DNA from: an archaeon
Lineage (GTDB): Archaea; Methanobacteriota_B; Thermococci; Methanofastidiosales; NM3
Assembly (NCBI GenBank): GCA_004212155.1
Contig: RXIG01000028.1
Coordinates: 1 to 64,000, forward strand
Direction: 5' to 3'
Length of the DNA: 64,000 nt
The notes under the pieces: generated by a model
Database searches by the model: none
What the model was told of the DNA's origin: nothing
What the model saw: the letters and a program-made list of their open reading frames with translations, nothing else
Translations under genes and position numbers: made by a program
In this document: piece by piece, positions 1-9,218 of the stretch
Layout: the number at the start of each line of letters is the position of its first letter
Numbering within the stretch: position 1 is the first letter of the stretch

Positions 1-504
1 GCTGATCCAGTGGCAGAATTCTCATACGCGCCTCAGATGCCAAAGACAGGACAGACGATCTCATTTGATCCATCTGCTTCCTACGATCCCGACGGCACGA
101 TCGTGACCTACGAGTGGGATTGGGATGGCGACGGCATATATGACGCCACGGGTGCAACCGCGAGCCATTACTACCTTGCTGCAGGAGAACACGTGGTGAC
201 ATTGCGGGTCACCGATGACAAAGGGGCGGACAATACCTGGAGCGATGTGATCAACGTTAGTCCTCAGGCTAGCCCTATCGTCGCATTCATGCCGTTGAGA
301 AACACGCTTCTTACACACGTCAATGAATCGTATGCAACCATCCAAGGACAACTCCCGGAGGACATCCCCGACCATATTAAGGATGTTCTTGAACAGGTGG
401 AGAACTACATACACAATGCTTCGAGCTCGGCCAATTCAATCTATGTCATCGGCGAATTAAGGAAGGCAATCGAGCTTCTGGATGAAGTATCGTCATCTCT
501 TTGA
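1..504 (+). CDS. PKD-domain surface protein, C-terminal part (5' end outside window)
   Basis: Frame open from base 1. PKD motif FDPSASYDPDGTIVTYEWDWDGDG...VTLRVTDDKG, then a helical tail and a T-rich tract after the stop. Confidence 0.85.
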   Translation, partial: ADPVAEFSYAPQMPKTGQTISFDPSASYDPDGTIVTYEWDWDGDGIYDATGATASHYYLAAGEHVVTLRVTDDKGADNTWSDVINVSPQASPIVAFMPLRNTLLTHVNESYATIQGQLPEDIPDHIKDVLEQVENYIHNASSSANSIYVIGELRKAIELLDEVSSSL

Positions 505-580
505 TTCTCCCGTTTTCTCTTTTCTCACAAGGTTTTGTCGATGACAAACCTTATTATCTCCCATTTCCAATTTATCTTAT

Positions 581-2344
581 ATGAATGGATGGTGCAACTC
601 GGTACTGCGCATCGACCTCTCCAACGAGACCATACGGGAGGAACGACCCGGGAGACAGCTCCTCGAAACGACGATAGGAGGCCTGGGCCTTGCCACGCAT
701 TACTTCTATGAGGAGACTCACGGCACTGTGGATCCGCTTTCTCCAAAAAACCCCGTCGTACTCGCCACTGGCCCGCTCACAGGCACGGGAATGGCATCGA
801 CCGGTCGAGCGTGCATGGTTACCACCTCGCCGCTGACTGGCTTTTTCCTGCAATCACACTCCGGCGGACAGTTAGGTCCCGAGATCAAGTATGCTGGCCA
901 TGACGCCATCATCATCGAGGGAGCAGCACGGCGTCCTGTGTATATCTTCATCGATGACGACCACTGCTCCATCGAATCTGCCGATGCGGTGTGGGGCAAG
1001 GGCGTCAAGACGGCTACACGCATGCTTGAGGCGGCAACGGACCCCGAGGCGCGCGTGCTTACCATCGGTCCCGCAGGTGAGAATCTGGTGCCGCTTGCCA
1101 CTGTGCAAAACGACGTCTATCGCTCGTTTGGCAGGGGTGGCCCCGGCGCGGTCCTCGGGTGCAAGAATCTCAAGGCAGTCGTCGTGCGCGGCACGAAGGG
1201 TGTAGAGGTCGCCGATCCCGATGCCGTCCTCGCCCACCTTGCAGAGGCGCGCGACCTGACGCATGAGAAGCTGCAGGAGTTCACCAACTTTGGAACGACG
1301 CCTGCGGCACGAAAGACCAACAATGGCGGTGTTCTCCCGACCAAGAACTTCACCTCGGGAAGATTCGACCATATCGATGATATCTCCGGAGAGACGCTCC
1401 ACGAGCACTTCTGGAAGGGCAGGCGTGCATGCTTCGCCTGCCCCATTGGGTGCACGCAGTATCATGCCACAGGCGGCATCAGGTCGGAGGGACCGGAGTA
1501 CGAGACGCTTTTTTCACTTGGGTCCAACATCTTAAACGACGACCTTGAGACACTGATTGCAGCCAACGAGCTCTGTAACGATATGGGCATCGACACGATA
1601 TCGAGCGGTGTGACGCTCGCATGGGCGATGGAGGCTTCCGAGCGCGGCGTGATCGATGACGAAGTCCCGTGGGGCGATGGCGACACGATCCTTTCGCTCC
1701 TGCGCACGATGGCGACCAGAGAGGGATTGGGTGAGACACTCTCCGGTGGCGCCAGACATGCGGCAAAGACGCTTGGAGGCGAGTCGTTCGCGATGCATGT
1801 CAAGGGCATGGAGCTCCCGGGCTACGATCCGCGCGGCACCCAGGGCATGGCACTATCCTACTCGACATCATCACGTGGCGCATGCCACCTTCGTGCGCCC
1901 ATCTATGTCGATGAGGTCTTTGCGAAGCGCCAACCCGCCTACACGCTCAAGGACAAGGCGGGTCCTGTCGTCGAACTGGAAAACACGCTGGCGATCGCCG
2001 ACTCGCTCATCGTATGCCGGTTCTCGTTTCGGGGCATTCATACCCAGAGCATGGACGCATTCCCATCACTGATCGAGATGGCAACGGGACATGCACCCAC
2101 GCTAGAAGACCTCACGCAGGCAGCTGAGCGCCTTTGGACCCAGCAGCACCTTTTCAACATCGCACAGGGATGGACGTCCGGCGATGACACGGTGCCTGAC
2201 CGATTCTTCTCCGAGGATCTTGATGGCGTGCGTTTGGACAGGAATGATTTCATACAAACGCTCCACGACTATTACGCGCTGCGCGGTTGGGATGAAAACG
2301 GCATCCCCTCCGAAGGGACGCTTACCCGTCTGGGGCTTCGTTAG
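581..2344 (+). CDS. Tungsten-dependent aldehyde:ferredoxin oxidoreductase family protein
   Basis: SPLTG, IGPAGEN, GRGGPGAVLG, CFACPIGC, EGPEYET, D(M)GIDTIS, YYALRGWD motifs. Confidence 0.95.
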   Translation: MNGWCNSVLRIDLSNETIREERPGRQLLETTIGGLGLATHYFYEETHGTVDPLSPKNPVVLATGPLTGTGMASTGRACMVTTSPLTGFFLQSHSGGQLGPEIKYAGHDAIIIEGAARRPVYIFIDDDHCSIESADAVWGKGVKTATRMLEAATDPEARVLTIGPAGENLVPLATVQNDVYRSFGRGGPGAVLGCKNLKAVVVRGTKGVEVADPDAVLAHLAEARDLTHEKLQEFTNFGTTPAARKTNNGGVLPTKNFTSGRFDHIDDISGETLHEHFWKGRRACFACPIGCTQYHATGGIRSEGPEYETLFSLGSNILNDDLETLIAANELCNDMGIDTISSGVTLAWAMEASERGVIDDEVPWGDGDTILSLLRTMATREGLGETLSGGARHAAKTLGGESFAMHVKGMELPGYDPRGTQGMALSYSTSSRGACHLRAPIYVDEVFAKRQPAYTLKDKAGPVVELENTLAIADSLIVCRFSFRGIHTQSMDAFPSLIEMATGHAPTLEDLTQAAERLWTQQHLFNIAQGWTSGDDTVPDRFFSEDLDGVRLDRNDFIQTLHDYYALRGWDENGIPSEGTLTRLGLR

Positions 2345-3354
2345 CGGGGCGATCCATCGAGATCCATCATCTCGCTAGTGCCCCTGTAGAAGAAGACCGC
2401 ACCACCGATGAGTACCATCAGATAGTATGAAATGATCCTGTCTATGAAGACGACGGGCGCGGCGATGCTCGGGCTTACCGACGGCAGGAGCGAATAGAGT
2501 GCGATACGCCCGGACTCCACGACACCAACGCCGCCGGGCGTGAACATGAGCGGTGCCAGAAAGACCCATGCGCTGTCAAAGAGGATGAAGTAGTAGATGG
2601 GCACCGATATGTCGAACGCGCTGAACAGGATGGTCACGCGCACAGCGTCGAGGATGACCTTGCCGAATGTGAGCAGGAACGTCTCGAACGTGATGCGCGG
2701 CCTTCCGAGCAGGAGAGCAAAGTTCCTGCTGAACTCGACGAACTTCTTTGCAAGCCCGGAATGCGTGATGCGGTAGAGGCGCGGGTGCGTGCGTTGGTCT
2801 ATGCGTTCCCCGTAGTGGGAGCGTTCAATGAACAGTTCTGACGAGCTAATGATGAAGACCGCAACACCTGCAATCCCTATGAATAAGAGGCTCGACTGGA
2901 ACGTCCGTTGGAGCGACCGCGGAAGCTCATCGACCAGGAAGAGATAGCAGGGCGCTGCAAGCAGGAACGTGCCGAAGATGTCGATGCCGTAATCAAGCAC
3001 GATGGATGCGAGTCCTGTCGTCGTTGGCATCTTGTACTCCTTGTTGAGAAGCCAGGAACGTGCCGCGATGCCAAGGACCGCGGTAGGGAGGAAGGCGTTT
3101 GCGAACTTGTCGATAAGAAGGTATTGAAAGAGCGATCGAAATCGGGCGTGGTAATCGGTGGCGTTGATGAATCGGCTCCATCGCAAGGTGTGGCAAAGGA
3201 GGGACGCCGCAAACACCCCACAGGCAAGGAAGAACGCTTTAAATCCAATCTTTTTAAACGAGCTTGCTATTTCCCGGGGCCCCACGAGGAAAATGATGAT
3301 GGCAAGCAAAAGTAGTGATATAATTACTGACAAGGGTGTCCTGTAGCGCAGCAA
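2341..3354 (-). CDS. Lysylphosphatidylglycerol-synthase TM / UPF0104 flippase-like membrane protein
   Basis: Multiple TM helices, LRW, FANAFLP, TPGGVGVVE and DRIISY motifs. Start uncertain. Confidence 0.85.
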   Translation of the reverse strand: MLRYRTPLSVIISLLLLAIIIFLVGPREIASSFKKIGFKAFFLACGVFAASLLCHTLRWSRFINATDYHARFRSLFQYLLIDKFANAFLPTAVLGIAARSWLLNKEYKMPTTTGLASIVLDYGIDIFGTFLLAAPCYLFLVDELPRSLQRTFQSSLLFIGIAGVAVFIISSSELFIERSHYGERIDQRTHPRLYRITHSGLAKKFVEFSRNFALLLGRPRITFETFLLTFGKVILDAVRVTILFSAFDISVPIYYFILFDSAWVFLAPLMFTPGGVGVVESGRIALYSLLPSVSPSIAAPVVFIDRIISYYLMVLIGGAVFFYRGTSEMMDLDGSPR

Positions 3355-3455
3355 TGCGCGCTTGGCGGCATTTATCCTCTCATGTGCGGGGATACGTTCA
3401 CCTCTCTACCACCTAGTATGCTTTGCAATAAAAACCATTGCTAGCATGCACCGCC

Positions 3456-4832
3456 TCAATTGAAGCCCTTGCCGCTGTCAAGTTTCTTATAAAGGCTCTT
3501 GAACGAACCGATGCTGGCATATCTCACGCCGGGGGGAATGTTCTTGCGTGAATTGAGAAAGCCCCACCACTTCACGACGAATCCTCCGCTTGCCAGCTCC
3601 TTGAATATCTTCTTCTCACGATACTTGTAGAGCCGCAGCGACGACTCGAACGTGCGGATGTCCGAGACGGTGTCCCCGCCGTTGATGTAGAACGTGCGCG
3701 CATGGCGCAGCACCTCGCGGGCCAGATTGTATGTCGTCGACTCCTCCCCGCGCTCGAGGTATGCGGTTGGTTCCACGGAGCCTGTTTGCATGAACTGCCT
3801 GCGGGCCGATATTTCCCCAAGCATGGTAAGCGAGTTCGGGCCGAGCGAGAGGAACTTGCCTTTGTTGATGGCTGAAAGCGATACCGTCTTTTCCGTGCCT
3901 TCCGACTCCACGATGACGTCGATGGGCAGGATGACGTCGATGGCGCCTTCCTCGATCATGCGCGCGATCTGGAGCGCCTTGTTTCGTATCATGTCCCATT
4001 TCGGCCCTCCGAAGAATCTCTCGATGAGCTCCCTGTTTTGCTGTCCGATTTGATCGGGGAGTATGCGTGAAAGCGAGCGGGCCTCCTTGGCGAGCGCCCA
4101 TACGAGCAGCACGAGGATGGGTCCTCCGTTGAGCGCCACGATGAGGTCGTCGCGCCCTTCGGTAAGATAGATCGAATCGAGCTTGTCGAGCTTGGCGCCG
4201 GCCACGCCCCATATCTTCACATCATCTGAGGTGGATGAGTAAAGGTCGGTGACGGTCTGCAGTTCCCTTACGAACGAGTCGCTGCAATAACATCCGTCGG
4301 TGAAAACGCGAAGCGAGAGATGGTCCCTGTGGCAGCATGAGAGGGCGCTGTTGATCTTGTCGTATGGGCCAAGGAACTTCCAAAGCCCGGAGTCCGAGCT
4401 GTTCGTGGGCGGCTTGGTCTCCTCGGGAACGACCTTGCGGATGTTGTCAAGGAAGATCAGGTTGCCTTCCTTTTCCTTGTTCTGCCGGGAGAGCTCCTCG
4501 AACGTCTCCACGAACGTGACGCCCTCTACCTCAGGGGCGATGGGGTCGATGTGCTTTTCCAACTCCGTCCGTAGCACCTCGTAGTTCTCTTTGAGACTCC
4601 TTGTCACGTCGGATGCGTGCGAAGTGCAGAGGATGTTGGCCTTGGGGTCCTGTCGTTCCCTGATCTCGGTGATCGATGAAACGGCCTGTTCGACCTTGAG
4701 AGAAGGAGCAGGAGGCTCATTGATGTCGGTGCGAAGATAAACATCCCCGAACTCGGTCATGGAATCCTTCAATTCAGCCAAGACGATCTTGATGCCATTG
4801 GATTCAATAACATGCATGGAACCACACTGCAC
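3456..4832 (-). CDS. Highly divergent phosphoglycerate kinase-fold protein
   Basis: Ordered PGK-like motifs: LRTDINEP, TSH, LDNIR, NSALSCCHRDHLS, AGAKLDKL, LPID, LGP, NGGDT, SGG, PPGV. Confidence 0.7.
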   Translation of the reverse strand: MQCGSMHVIESNGIKIVLAELKDSMTEFGDVYLRTDINEPPAPSLKVEQAVSSITEIRERQDPKANILCTSHASDVTRSLKENYEVLRTELEKHIDPIAPEVEGVTFVETFEELSRQNKEKEGNLIFLDNIRKVVPEETKPPTNSSDSGLWKFLGPYDKINSALSCCHRDHLSLRVFTDGCYCSDSFVRELQTVTDLYSSTSDDVKIWGVAGAKLDKLDSIYLTEGRDDLIVALNGGPILVLLVWALAKEARSLSRILPDQIGQQNRELIERFFGGPKWDMIRNKALQIARMIEEGAIDVILPIDVIVESEGTEKTVSLSAINKGKFLSLGPNSLTMLGEISARRQFMQTGSVEPTAYLERGEESTTYNLAREVLRHARTFYINGGDTVSDIRTFESSLRLYKYREKKIFKELASGGFVVKWWGFLNSRKNIPPGVRYASIGSFKSLYKKLDSGKGFN

Positions 4833-4981
4833 CTATCTACCGTCTCTTTATAAATCTTATGTCAGAAGATTTTAGCCTTCTTTATACATAATTATTGTTA
4901 TAGAATTAAATATCATACCGAAATTAGGGTAGAATAATGAATTAAATATGTAAATATTTTATTATCATAAAATAGGTATGC

Positions 4982-5776
4982 TCAACGGCCGTAGCGGCGT
5001 TCTCGTTTCTGGTAGTCCCTGACGAGGCGAAGCAGGTCGATCTTGCGGAACGCAGGAAGGTAGACGTCGGTGAAGAAGAGTTCCGCGTAGGCAGCCTGGA
5101 ACAGGAGGAAGTTGGAAAGGCGGGTCTCTCCGCCCGTTCGCACGATGATGTCTGGATCGGGCAAGCTGCTTGTGAGCAGGTGCTCGCGAAGCGTCTCCAT
5201 CGTGATGTCATCAGGACTCACCGAGCCGTCCTTGGCCTTCTGGGCGATGCTCTTTACCGCAGAGACGATCTCGTCGCGAGACCCGTATGCGAGGCAGATG
5301 TTGAGGTATCGCGCGTCGTAGTCCCGCGTCGCCTCCTCAGCGTCCCGCACCGCCTTTCTCAGCTTCGGCGGCAAAGCGGCCTCGTCGCCGATGTGATTGA
5401 TGTGTATCTTCCTTTCGTGGATGCGCTCATCGGCAAGGATCGTCTCGAACCGCTCCGTAGCCAGGGTCATGATGTTTTCTATCTCCTCCTGTTGACGCCG
5501 GAAGTTTTCCGTTGAGAACGCATAGAGGGTGACAATCTTGATGCCGACATCGTAGCACCACATGATGAGCTCCTCCACCTTGTCCGCGCCAAGGGTGTGA
5601 CCGAGCATGCGCTCATACCCATGCATGGTGGCATAGCGCCTGTTGCCGTCGAGGATGAACGCGGCGTGCACAGGCACGTTCCCATTCCTCACCTGCGAGC
5701 TGAGCCTGCGCTGATAGATGCGATAGACCGGTGAGAGGAGTGCGTTTTTTATCATTGTGAGCGATAGCATCGTCAT
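4982..5776 (-). CDS. uppS: Polyprenyl (undecaprenyl-type) diphosphate synthase
   Basis: ILDGNRRY, YAFSTENF, RTGGETRLSNFL, ERRYG motifs. Confidence 0.95.
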   Translation of the reverse strand: MTMLSLTMIKNALLSPVYRIYQRRLSSQVRNGNVPVHAAFILDGNRRYATMHGYERMLGHTLGADKVEELIMWCYDVGIKIVTLYAFSTENFRRQQEEIENIMTLATERFETILADERIHERKIHINHIGDEAALPPKLRKAVRDAEEATRDYDARYLNICLAYGSRDEIVSAVKSIAQKAKDGSVSPDDITMETLREHLLTSSLPDPDIIVRTGGETRLSNFLLFQAAYAELFFTDVYLPAFRKIDLLRLVRDYQKRERRYGR

Positions 5777-6282
5777 CCTTCCACGTTCTTGTAGTGCCTT
5801 GCCAGTGTCACGTACGTAGCGGCGTTGTCGGCGATGCGTCGCCGAGCCTCTTCGCCGAGCTGGCGTATCACCTTCCCCGGAACGCCCACCACGAGCGAAT
5901 GGGGAGGTATGGAGCTGCCCTCCGTCACGAGTGCGTTGGCCGCCACGATCGATCCCTCCCCTATCTCGGCGCCGTCAAGCACCGTCGCGTTGATGCCGAT
6001 GATGCAGCGGTCCCCTATCGTGGCCCCATGGACCACGGCGCCGTGGCCTATCGTGCACTCGTCACCTATTTGCACCTCGTGCTCGACCGTGACGTGGATG
6101 GTCACGGATTCTTGTACGTTCGTGCGCTGCCCTATGACGACCCTGTTAAGGTCGCCGCGAACGCTGACAAATGGCCACACCGAGCTGTCTTTCCCCACGG
6201 TCACCCGGCCGCTTACGTATGAGCGCGAGGATATGAAGCAGGTCTCGTCTATCTTTTTCTCATCGAACATTTTTACCACCAA
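5773..6282 (-). CDS. Gamma-class carbonic anhydrase family (hexapeptide repeat) protein
   Basis: RGD, NVQE, IGH..VHG motifs and hexapeptide repeats. Confidence 0.92.
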   Translation of the reverse strand: MVVKMFDEKKIDETCFISSRSYVSGRVTVGKDSSVWPFVSVRGDLNRVVIGQRTNVQESVTIHVTVEHEVQIGDECTIGHGAVVHGATIGDRCIIGINATVLDGAEIGEGSIVAANALVTEGSSIPPHSLVVGVPGKVIRQLGEEARRRIADNAATYVTLARHYKNVEG

Positions 6283-6721
6283 ATATCGTTATGATGGACT
6301 GGGCGCTTTGTCCCACTTCCGGGGAGATGGGTTCGCCGAAGCCAAACGACTTCGGTTCGATGCCGATGATGTAGACCGTGCACCCCACCTCCCCTTCAAG
6401 GTAGCGGGCCATCGTCGAGAGGGGCATCGAATGTGTCGAGAAGAGCGTCCCACCGACCTCGGACCTGGTGAAGATGCCGACGGAGCCGGGTGATCCCCCC
6501 ATGCGCGCCGCATCGATGAATACAACGATGTCGGGAGCCTGTTCGCGTATAGCAGGGATGTATGCCTCGGGCACGGTGGCTCCGTCAAAGGTCGTGAAGC
6601 GCGATGACAGCGCAGCCGCGATCATGGGCCCCACGGCGTCGTCGCCCTTGATGTCGTTACCAACGCCCACGATCACCGACCTGTCCGTGAGCAGCGCTGC
6701 AAGCTCGTCAAGATTCATCAT
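6260..6721 (-). CDS. hycI: Hydrogenase maturation protease (HycI type)
   Basis: GVGN..KGDDAVG, TVPE, IDA, STHSMPL, GIEP motifs. Confidence 0.9.
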   Translation of the reverse strand: MMNLDELAALLTDRSVIVGVGNDIKGDDAVGPMIAAALSSRFTTFDGATVPEAYIPAIREQAPDIVVFIDAARMGGSPGSVGIFTRSEVGGTLFSTHSMPLSTMARYLEGEVGCTVYIIGIEPKSFGFGEPISPEVGQSAQSIITIFGGKNVR

Positions 6722-7229
6722 CCTTCCTCCCTTCGAGGAGCGATGCGAACTTATCCTTCACGGCATCGGGGTCGGTCGATTTGAGTCCGTAGAGCTCACA
6801 GAACTCCTTGGTCGTGGTGAGGATGTAGGTGCGTTCCTTGGGGCGGCGTTGGATGAGCTTGCGCTCCTCGAGCTCTTTCAGGTGCTTGTATGCGCTTGTG
6901 CCGCGGAAGTTCACGACCAGGGACTGTTCGATCGGTTGCTTGTATGCTATGAGGGCCAGCGTCTTGAGGAGCGCGCGAGACTCGCGGGCCTTTGGAAGGT
7001 AGAACTCGGTCATCTCGGTGTATTCGTCGCGAAGCTGCATCACGTACTCGTCCTTGATCGTATGGGCGACGGTTACGGGTCCGTCGCGCTCCTCGTACTC
7101 CGATGCGATCTCCTTGAGCATCCGCGTCACGTCGCGCGTGGGCAGGTCGAGATTCGATGCAAGCTCCTTCGAGGATACAGGCCGGCCTGCGGCGAACAAC
7201 ACCGCCTCTATCAGCTTCTTCTCATCCAT
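6708..7229 (-). CDS. scpB: SMC-Scp complex subunit ScpB
   Basis: IEAVLFAAGRP, TLALIAYKQPI, TTKEF motifs; follows scpA. Confidence 0.93.
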   Translation of the reverse strand: MDEKKLIEAVLFAAGRPVSSKELASNLDLPTRDVTRMLKEIASEYEERDGPVTVAHTIKDEYVMQLRDEYTEMTEFYLPKARESRALLKTLALIAYKQPIEQSLVVNFRGTSAYKHLKELEERKLIQRRPKERTYILTTTKEFCELYGLKSTDPDAVKDKFASLLEGRKDDES

Positions 7230-7242
7230 GCTATCACTTAGG

Positions 7243-7890
7243 TCAAATCGTAATTCGTATCTCGCCGAAGAGCTCCTCCTGGTAGAGCTCTATCTTGCCT
7301 TTGGTCTCCAGGTAGAGTATGAAGAGGAACGTACGGGCGATGAGGACGGGGCTGCGTTCGTCGATGAGGTGCATCATCGTGATATAATCCCGCTCTTCAA
7401 GCATGTCCTTGATGCGGTAGAAGAGCTGTTGCACCTGCTCCTCGACGTTGACCCTGTGTTCATCGATGCGGATGACCTGCCTTTCCTCCCGGCGTTTTCG
7501 CGGCTTGAGCGTTTTCTTGCGGTCCGCCTCTTCCAACGCCTGGAGGAGCGCCTCCATCAGCTGGGGCAGTGTTATCTTGCCCGACGTCCTACGAAGCGGC
7601 GGAAGGATCGGCTTGATCTCGACATCGAGCTCCTCTTGTTCGTCCTTTTCCTCCTCGTCCTTTTCCTCGCGAAACATCTCCTCCGACTGCATCCTCAACA
7701 ATATGGATGCGGCAAGGATCGTCTTTCCCGAGAGCCTGAGGTCAAGTTCCTGCAGCTGCCTGATCTGCGCGAGGTACTTTGAGGTAAGCTCCACTATGTC
7801 GATGTTCCATGGGTCTATCTCTCGTGATACGACAAGCCCCATGAGCATGTCGATCGGGCCAATCTCCCCGTTTTCCATCATTTGTGCCAT
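7243..7890 (-). CDS. scpA: Segregation and condensation protein ScpA (kleisin)
   Basis: IDPWNIDIV, AASILLRMQSE, QEELFGEI motifs. ATG 7890 chosen because of a GTGGAG RBS; the frame is open to 7971. Confidence 0.9.
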   Translation of the reverse strand: MAQMMENGEIGPIDMLMGLVVSREIDPWNIDIVELTSKYLAQIRQLQELDLRLSGKTILAASILLRMQSEEMFREEKDEEEKDEQEELDVEIKPILPPLRRTSGKITLPQLMEALLQALEEADRKKTLKPRKRREERQVIRIDEHRVNVEEQVQQLFYRIKDMLEERDYITMMHLIDERSPVLIARTFLFILYLETKGKIELYQEELFGEIRITI

Positions 7891-7976
7891 AGGCTCCACT
7901 GGTGTGCGTTCATCATCGCTAGAAGCTTGTGCTAGTTTCACCATTGTCTTATAAAAGATGTTCGCTGTCATGCCCT

Positions 7977-8963
7977 CTATGAGGCGAAGTAGGCGAGGGT
8001 GTGGCAGATGTTGTCAAATACCTTCTTGTTGTCCTTGAGATGGTACGACTTGTAGAAGCTTAGGTTGCTGCAGCATATATATCCGTCGCCAAACGATGTG
8101 TAGATCACCTGGGGCCAGTCGTGGTAGCCGCCATGCCCGTAGACGTGCATCGATTCGTGCCACCCGTCCAAGCCTCCGAACGTGAAGACCGTATCCACTG
8201 AGAACTGCGACACCCCATAGCTTATCCAGTCATCGTCCCCGCATATGAACTCGGTCTGGGATATGTCCCCCTTCTTGACGAAGTCCACGGTGATGCCGAA
8301 CCGTTCGAGCAGGTCGTTGTAAGGAGGATACGCTGCGCTCAGCCATATGATGCCCCCGGATTCGACATAGTCCTCAAGGGCGTTGATGTCGTTTGTGGAG
8401 AGGGGCTTGCGCGATACCCCGAAGACGAGCACATCCACACCCTTGAGCGCCCCGAGAGTAACGTCTTCCTCCTCATACAGGCTCGTCTGAGCGCCAAGGT
8501 TCTCGATCTTGTTGATCACATCGCCTGTCCTGCAGCATGTCGAATCGGACGAGTGGACGTTCTCGAAAGCGAACATCGTGTCCTCGAGTGAGGCGAATGG
8601 GGGAGGAGTCGTCGTGGGCGGCATGGTGGTTGGCGGTGCAGTGGTCGTTGGAGGGGAAGTCGTCGTGGGCGGCATGGTGGTCGGTGGTGCCGTGGTAGGG
8701 GGCGGTGTCGCCGTCTGCGGCACCAAGGGGTTGGGGTCGACAGGGTCGGGAATGCCATCACCGTCAGTATCCGCGATGTACGGGTCTGTGCCGGCAAGCT
8801 CTTCCTCATCGTCGCTCCATCCGTCGCCGTCTGAATCCATGGGCGCCTCAGGATCGTTCCCGGAGAGGATGCATCCGGATGCAGCCGACACAATGAGCAC
8901 GCATATGAGCGTAAGGGCGATATGCGGCCATCGTGTGTTCCTGGTGTGTTTCACGCTCTTCAC
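7977..8963 (-). CDS. Lipoprotein with TSP3-like Ca-binding repeats, Pro/Thr linker and GATase-like C-terminal domain
   Basis: Hydrophobic signal plus SGC lipobox, DSDGDGWSD and DTDGDGIPD repeats, PPTT repeats, YVESGG motif. The track ORF overruns a tRNA, so the start was moved to GTG 8963 (uncertain). Confidence 0.75.
   Translation of the reverse strand: MKSVKHTRNTRWPHIALTLICVLIVSAASGCILSGNDPEAPMDSDGDGWSDDEEELAGTDPYIADTDGDGIPDPVDPNPLVPQTATPPPTTAPPTTMPPTTTSPPTTTAPPTTMPPTTTPPPFASLEDTMFAFENVHSSDSTCCRTGDVINKIENLGAQTSLYEEEDVTLGALKGVDVLVFGVSRKPLSTNDINALEDYVESGGIIWLSAAYPPYNDLLERFGITVDFVKKGDISQTEFICGDDDWISYGVSQFSVDTVFTFGGLDGWHESMHVYGHGGYHDWPQVIYTSFGDGYICCSNLSFYKSYHLKDNKKVFDNICHTLAYFAS
8600..8706 (-). 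repeat. Imperfect tandem repeats encoding a PPTT(A/M/S) linker
   Basis: gtcgtcgtgggcggcatggtggt occurs twice about 50 nt apart. Confidence 0.85.
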
Positions 8964-9015
8964 TTGTCCATCGATGTTAAATATTTTGTCATTTCGGTCA
9001 TGAGAATGAGGATAG

Positions 9016-9088
9016 TAGCCGGGCGCGGATTCGAACCGCAGTCTCGGGCTCCAAAGGCCCAAAGGATTGTCCCCTACCCTACCCGGCT
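9016..9088 (-). tRNA. tRNA-Gln(TTG)
   Basis: Acceptor AGCCGGG/CCCGGCT with A1-U72, anticodon arm GGGC-CTTTGGA-GCCC, T-loop GTTCGAATC. Confidence 0.95.
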
Positions 9089-9218
9089 CCGTTGTGTGTT
9101 CTTTGATATCTGCCATAAAAAGCTTTCTATTTTGTTTTTCGTTGGTCGAGAGGCGACCCTGTGAATTTCTAGAAAGATATATAATGGGGCTTCATTCATC
9201 TAGATTCATGGTGGTATC

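Noticed and set aside
4833-4981. AT-rich patches (also ~18630-18720, ~50000-50100, ~60760-60847) as origin or foreign DNA
   Set aside because: Explained by BRE/TATA promoters and terminators; no ORB-like repeats or cdc6 gene seen.
8600-8706. Repeats as a CRISPR array (also 51278-51337)
   Set aside because: In-frame coding low-complexity linkers with no unique spacers and no cas genes.
8964-9116. N-terminal extension of the 7977..9116 ORF
   Set aside because: It runs through tRNA-Gln; the signal peptide begins near 8963.
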